Assembly: GCA_964385255.1 (NCBI GenBank)
Contig: CAYLOH010000004.1
Coordinates: 15,060 to 79,059, forward strand
From: an uncultured Rubrivirga sp.
Lineage (GTDB): Bacteria; Actinomycetota; Actinomycetes; S36-B12
Length of the DNA: 64,000 nucleotides
Direction: 5' to 3'
Shown here in pieces: positions 58,978 to 64,000 of the stretch; positions within the stretch are counted from its first letter, which is position 1; each line of letters starts with the position of its first letter. Under the pieces are notes generated by a model. That model saw nothing but the letters and a program-made list of their open reading frames with translations. It made no database searches and was not told the origin of the DNA. A program made the translations under genes and the position numbers.

Positions 58978-61155
58978 CTAGATCGAGGGTCGATCGGCGA
59001 AGAAATAGCAGGCTGACAGAGGTGGGACGTGGATCGCGGCGCTCGCCGGCCTGCCGTTCCACGGTTCGGGCTCAGCGTGGACGATCCCAAGATTCCCGAC
59101 GCCGGATCCCCCGTAACCGGGCGCATCTGTGTTGAGGATCTCCCGCCACTGCCCGTCCCACGGCAGTCCGAAACGTGCTTCGGCGCGTGCCACGGGCGCA
59201 AGGTTGACGATCACGGCTACACAGTTCCCTGCGTTGTCTCGGCGCAGGAAACTGAAGGTGTTGGTTTCTGCTGCCCCGGCATCGATCCATTCGAAGCCTG
59301 TGGCTTCATGGTCGCGCTCCCATAGGGCGGGGTATTGGCGGTAGACGCGATTGAGATCACAGACGGTGCGCCACACTCCCTCGTGTTCGGCGAACTGCAG
59401 CAGCCACCAGTCCAAACCGCGTTCGCTGGACCACTCATCCGACTGCGCGAATTCCCCACCCATGAAGAGCAACTTCTTTCCGGGGTGTGCCCACATGAAC
59501 CCGAGGTACGCGCGAAGGTTGGCCAGGGCTTGCCAACGGTCTCCCGGCATTCTCGCGATGAGTGATCCCTTGCCATGAACCACTTCATCGTGAGACAGGG
59601 GAAGGATGAAGCGCTCCGAGTACGCGTACATCATCGAGAAGGTCATATCGTTGTGGTGGAAAGAGCGATGGATCGGATCCCGCTTCATGTAGTCCAGCGA
59701 ATCGTGCATCCATCCCATGTTCCACTTGAATCCGAATCCCAGGCCACCTGCGTATGTCGGAGTCGTGACACCCGGCCACGCCGTCGATTCTTCTGCGATG
59801 GTGACGGCACCCGGCACGCGCTTGTAGACCGTGGCGTTCATCTCCTGCAGGAAACGGACAGCATCGAGGTTCTCCCGTCCCCCGAACTCGTTCGGTGACC
59901 ACTGTCCTGCCCCGCGCGAGTAGTCCAGGTAGAGCATCGACGCCACGGCATCGACGCGCAGCCCATCAATGTGGAACTCCTCCAACCAATAGACGGCGTT
60001 GCTCACGAGGAAGTTGCGCACTTCACGTCGCCCGAAATCGAAGACGTACGTGCCCCAATCGGGGTGTTCGCCCCGCTGAGGATCTGGGTGCTCGTACAGG
60101 CATGTCCCGTCGAAGCGCGCCAAAGCCCAGTCGTCCTTCGGAAAATGGGCCGGAACCCAGTCGATGATCACTCCGATGCCGGCCTGGTGGAGCCGGTCGA
60201 CGAGGTAGCGAAAGTCATCCGGGTTCCCGAGTCGGGACGTGGGCGCGAAGTACCCGGACACCTGGTAGCCCCACGACGGCCCGTAGGGGTGTTCCGAGAT
60301 CGGAAGAAGCTCGACGTGAGTGAAGCCGGATTCGGTCACGTAGTCGACGAGTTGTTCCGCGAGGTCGCGGTAGGACAAGCCCGGTCGCCACGATGCGAGG
60401 TGAACCTCGTAGATGGACATCGGTCCGTCGTGCGGGTCCGTGCCGGCGCGTCGTGACAGCCACGCTTCGTCGGACCAGGTGTAGCGGCTTTCGAAGACGA
60501 TGGAAGCGTTGGCGGGCGGTTCCTCGGCGAACGATGCGACCGGGTCCGCCTTGGTGCGCCAGATGCCGTCACGGCCGAGGATCTGGAACTTGTAGCGAGC
60601 ACCCGATTCGACGCTGGGCACGAACAGTTCCCAGACGCCGCTTCCTCCAAGGGATCGCATGGGGTGCGCCGAGCCGTCCCAGAAGTTGAAGTCACCGATT
60701 ACCCGGACGCCCAGGGCATTCGGCGCCCAGACCGCGAAGGAGGTTCCGCACACGGGGCCGAAGGCGCTGTCGAAACGCCGAACGTGGGCGCCTAGGTGGT
60801 GCCACATCTCCTCGTGGCGCCCTTCGGCGATGAGATGTAGATCGACGTCGCCGAGGAACGGCCAGTAGTGGTAGGGATCGTCGGCGGGAATCGGATCTGC
60901 GTCGTATTGCACGTCGATGCGGTAGTCGGGAATCGTGGCGCTGGGGATAACGCACAACCACACGCCGGAGGCTTCGTGATCCATCGGAATCCGCGCATCC
61001 GGCAGCACCAAGGTGACGGCGCGCGCATGTGGCCGCAAGACACGGATCGTGGTGGATTCCTCGAACGGATGCGCTCCCAGGATGGAGTGCGGATCATGAT
61101 GGGCACCGTCGACGAGGCGCTCCATGTCCGAACGCGATACCGGCGCGGCTCTCAT
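58978..61155 (-). CDS. glgB: 1,4-alpha-glucan branching enzyme
   Basis: Motifs [37 protein letters not shown] and [10 protein letters not shown]. Confidence 0.97.
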   Translation of the reverse strand: MRAAPVSRSDMERLVDGAHHDPHSILGAHPFEESTTIRVLRPHARAVTLVLPDARIPMDHEASGVWLCVIPSATIPDYRIDVQYDADPIPADDPYHYWPFLGDVDLHLIAEGRHEEMWHHLGAHVRRFDSAFGPVCGTSFAVWAPNALGVRVIGDFNFWDGSAHPMRSLGGSGVWELFVPSVESGARYKFQILGRDGIWRTKADPVASFAEEPPANASIVFESRYTWSDEAWLSRRAGTDPHDGPMSIYEVHLASWRPGLSYRDLAEQLVDYVTESGFTHVELLPISEHPYGPSWGYQVSGYFAPTSRLGNPDDFRYLVDRLHQAGIGVIIDWVPAHFPKDDWALARFDGTCLYEHPDPQRGEHPDWGTYVFDFGRREVRNFLVSNAVYWLEEFHIDGLRVDAVASMLYLDYSRGAGQWSPNEFGGRENLDAVRFLQEMNATVYKRVPGAVTIAEESTAWPGVTTPTYAGGLGFGFKWNMGWMHDSLDYMKRDPIHRSFHHNDMTFSMMYAYSERFILPLSHDEVVHGKGSLIARMPGDRWQALANLRAYLGFMWAHPGKKLLFMGGEFAQSDEWSSERGLDWWLLQFAEHEGVWRTVCDLNRVYRQYPALWERDHEATGFEWIDAGAAETNTFSFLRRDNAGNCVAVIVNLAPVARAEARFGLPWDGQWREILNTDAPGYGGSGVGNLGIVHAEPEPWNGRPASAAIHVPPLSACYFFADRPSI

Positions 61156-63176
61156 CTCTTGGGTACCGTGACTGAAACCACGTGTGCGACGTTTTCCCAC
61201 GGACGCAGATGTACGTAGGTCTCGCCCGACCACGTCCACGTCCGCTGCGTGATCAGATCGGTCGCGATGAAGCGCTCGTGTGGATCCATGCCCAAGCTCG
61301 CCAGGTCCCACCACACCGAACTCGCATGCTCCCGATGGGGATCTACGAGGCAGACCACCAGGATGACATCGTCACCCACGCGTTTGCTGAACGCGATGAT
61401 GTCGTCGTTGTCCGTGTGATGGAAGCGCAGAGATCGAAGATCTTGCAGAGCGGGATGCTCGCGACGGATGGTGTTCAGCAAAGTCAGGTATGGAGCCAAG
61501 GTCCTGCCTTGACGTGCAGCCAAAGCCCAATCTCGAGGTCGATACTGGTATTTCTCCGAGTCGAGATACTCCTCGCTGCCGGGTTTGACTGCAACGTGTT
61601 CGTACAGCTCGAATCCGCTGTAGATGCCGTACGTGGGTGACAGTGTCGCTGCGAGCGTGGCTCGGATCGCGAAAGCGGCAGGCCCTCCATGTTGCAGATA
61701 CTCGTGCAAGATGTCGGGAGTGTTTGCGAAGAGATTAGGCCTCATGTAGGCCGAGGCAGGACCCGCCAGCTCGGTGAGGTAGTCGACGAGCTCGTGTTTG
61801 TTGTTGCGCCAGGTGAAGTAGGTGTAGCTCTGCTGGAAGCCGACCTCCGCCAGGGCCTTCATCATCGGTGGTTTGGTGAACGCCTCAGCCAGGAACAGGA
61901 CGTCGGGATCGGTCGCATTGATGGAGGAGATCAGCCGATCCCACAGCCACAGGGGCTTCGTGTGGGGGTTATCGACACGGAATATGCGCACGCCATGACC
62001 CATCCAGTGGCGCACGATTCTCTCCACCTCGGCGTAGATCCCCTCGGGGTCTGAGTCGAAGTACAGGGGATAGATGTCCTGGTACTTCTTCGGTGGGTTT
62101 TCCGCGTAGGCGATCGATCCGTCGTGGCGCTTCATGAACCACTCGGGATGCTCACCGACCCACGGATGATCAGGTGAGGCCTGCAGTGCGAGATCGAGTG
62201 CGACCTCCATGCCCAGTGCTCGAGCCGATGCTACGAAGGCGTCGAAGTCCTCGAGTGTTCCCAACGCCGGGTGGATCGCGTCATGACCCCCCTCGTTCGA
62301 TCCGATCGCCCACGGTGATCCCGGATCCGATGGACTGGGCTGCAGGGAGTTGTTCCTGCCCTTGCGGTGCGCTGAACCGATGGGGTGAATCGGTGGGAGA
62401 TAGACGACGTCGAACCCCATGTCGGCGATGGCGGGTAGGCGCAGCATCGCGGTCCGAAAGGTGCCGGACGCGGCAGGTTCCAGTGTTGCGCCCTCACTGC
62501 GAGGAAAGAACTCGTACCACGAGCCGACGAGTGCGCGCCGACGTTGGACCAACAGCGGCCACGGCCCATTTTCCGACTCATCGTGCTTCAGTGGGTTCTC
62601 GCTCATCACGCGCCCGACATCAGCGGTGGTCGCGGCACTGAAGCGCACCTGTGCAGGAAGGCGCGGATCCCTCATCGCTTTGATCGCAGACGCGAGGACG
62701 CCGAGAGAATCGTCCCGTCCCGGAGTCAGGCTCTGGGAGGCTTGCTCCAGTAGCCATGCCCCCTCGGCCAACTCGAAATCGACGTCCAGGCCTTCGGGGA
62801 TCTTGATGCTCGCGCGTTCGAGCCAGTGCTGCCAGGGATCGGACCAGGCGTGGATGGTGAAGGTCCACATCCCGGGCTGGTCTACACGTACCCACGCCTC
62901 CCACCGATCCACCGACTCACCCGATGCGCTCATCGGAACGGTCGTGGCGACGTCTCCCGTTGGTGCGTTCACGGTCACTGCAACCGACAGGGGAGCGTGC
63001 CCGTCACGGAAGACGGTGGCTCTGATGGGTAGCGTCTCGCCATCTGCCGCTGCCGCGGGTCGAGTACCGCAGTGAACCTGGGGCCAGACGTCGACAATCG
63101 GAATACGTGAGGTGAGGCCGTCCGCCGGGATTCCGCGTTCGCGCGTGAGCGGAGGTCGTGCGGGCCGCTTGGGCAT
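61152..63176 (-). CDS. glgE: Alpha-1,4-glucan:maltose-1-phosphate maltosyltransferase
   Basis: Motifs [38 protein letters not shown] and NTPDIL; TACAGT -10 six nt before the ATG. Confidence 0.96.
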   Translation of the reverse strand: MPKRPARPPLTRERGIPADGLTSRIPIVDVWPQVHCGTRPAAAADGETLPIRATVFRDGHAPLSVAVTVNAPTGDVATTVPMSASGESVDRWEAWVRVDQPGMWTFTIHAWSDPWQHWLERASIKIPEGLDVDFELAEGAWLLEQASQSLTPGRDDSLGVLASAIKAMRDPRLPAQVRFSAATTADVGRVMSENPLKHDESENGPWPLLVQRRRALVGSWYEFFPRSEGATLEPAASGTFRTAMLRLPAIADMGFDVVYLPPIHPIGSAHRKGRNNSLQPSPSDPGSPWAIGSNEGGHDAIHPALGTLEDFDAFVASARALGMEVALDLALQASPDHPWVGEHPEWFMKRHDGSIAYAENPPKKYQDIYPLYFDSDPEGIYAEVERIVRHWMGHGVRIFRVDNPHTKPLWLWDRLISSINATDPDVLFLAEAFTKPPMMKALAEVGFQQSYTYFTWRNNKHELVDYLTELAGPASAYMRPNLFANTPDILHEYLQHGGPAAFAIRATLAATLSPTYGIYSGFELYEHVAVKPGSEEYLDSEKYQYRPRDWALAARQGRTLAPYLTLLNTIRREHPALQDLRSLRFHHTDNDDIIAFSKRVGDDVILVVCLVDPHREHASSVWWDLASLGMDPHERFIATDLITQRTWTWSGETYVHLRPWENVAHVVSVTVPKR

Positions 63177-63228
63177 ATCACGACTGTAGTGCGCGGGTGC
63201 GGCAGGTGAGCCCACTACGGTGGCGGCC

Positions 63229-64000
63229 GTGAAGGCGATTCGACGGTTCACAGTGCGAGCGGTTCTGCCCGATTCACTCGCCGGGCTCGAGGAATTGGCC
63301 ATGAATCTGCGGTGGTCGTGGCATCCGGAGACCACCGACCTGTTCGCAGCGATCGATCCCGGACTGTGGCGTGATTGCGGCGCTGATCCGATTCGACTGC
63401 TCGGATCCTTGTCGGCTGAGCGCTTGGCCGAGTTGGCGACCGACGCTGAGTTCATCGCCCGAGTCGCCCACAACGTCGACGAACTGCACTCGTATCTCCA
63501 GGTACCGCTGTGGTTCCAGCGTTGGTCGGCCGAAACCGCGCAGGCGACCGACCTGAACGGCGTCGCGTACTTCTCGCCGGAATACGGTGTCGCGCCCGTA
63601 CTCCCGCAGTACTCCGGCGGCTTGGGAATCTTGGCCGGTGATCATCTGAAAGCGGCGAGCGACCTCGGCGTGCCGATCATCGGCATTGGCTTGTACTACC
63701 GATCGGGGTACTTCCGACAAAGCCTGACCCGCGATGGCTGGCAGCAGGAGCGGTATCCGGTGTGCGATCCGGATGCGGCGCCCATGACGCTCGTTCGTGA
63801 GCAGTCGGGTGTGCCGGCACGCGTCTTCCTCGGCTTGCCGGGCGATCGGACCCTCGCCGCTCGGATGTGGCTGGTTCGCGTCGGCCGGGTGCCGCTATTG
63901 CTGTTGGATTCCGGCGTCGAAGAAAACACCCCCGCAGAGCGCGAGATCACCGATCGGCTCTATGGAGGAGGGGGTGAGTATCGCCTTCAGCAGGAAATGC
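63229..64000 (+). CDS. glgP: Alpha-glucan (glycogen/maltodextrin) phosphorylase, 3'-truncated by window edge
   Basis: Hand translation from GTG 63229: KAIRRFTV...NLRWSW...AYFSPEYG...YSGGLGILAGDHLKAASDLG...ITDRLYGG. Absent from the ORF track because it has no stop in the window. Confidence 0.95.
   Translation, partial: MKAIRRFTVRAVLPDSLAGLEELAMNLRWSWHPETTDLFAAIDPGLWRDCGADPIRLLGSLSAERLAELATDAEFIARVAHNVDELHSYLQVPLWFQRWSAETAQATDLNGVAYFSPEYGVAPVLPQYSGGLGILAGDHLKAASDLGVPIIGIGLYYRSGYFRQSLTRDGWQQERYPVCDPDAAPMTLVREQSGVPARVFLGLPGDRTLAARMWLVRVGRVPLLLLDSGVEENTPAEREITDRLYGGGGEYRLQQEM

Noticed and set aside
58978-64000. glgE-glgB lacking treS/pep2 between them
   Set aside because: The same glgB-glgE/glgP arrangement is known in mycobacteria, and the other genes can lie elsewhere in the genome.

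Overview
High-GC actinobacterial chromosomal segment, mostly core genome. The gene order argS-lysA-hom-thrC-thrB-rho-rpmE-prfA-prmC-tsaC-glyA-wecA-atpBEFHAGDC-pduO-murA-...-nucS-...-mce-...-ybbN-glgB-glgE/glgP follows the conserved Actinomycetota locus as I recall it from Mycobacterium and Streptomyces. The window also carries: an oleA-oleBC-oleD olefin operon; a queuosine-salvage pair (tgt, yhhQ) abutting tRNA-Arg(CCG); dispersed ethylmalonyl-CoA/B12 genes (pduO, meaA/ecm, two-domain hydroxyacyl-CoA dehydrogenase, ccr, mce, meaB); and an accessory block at about 45.2-54.3 kb (DUF1269-like protein, atypical two-component pair, phosphoesterase coupled to an aquaporin, PQQ-type dehydrogenase, OatA-like acyltransferase). 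The strongest unexplained signal is a candidate ~240-nt minus-strand non-coding RNA at about 9976-10217. It has about nine consecutive hairpins (several GNRA-capped), a plausible promoter of its own and a 15-bp terminator stem, and I cannot assign it to a known family. Second is a TGAGGGAAWTCCCTC palindrome shared upstream of two genes of the accessory block. Many genes look leaderless (TANNNT-N6/7-start). No CRISPR array, integrase, transposase or rRNA was seen. All calls are by motif recognition; no database searches were run.
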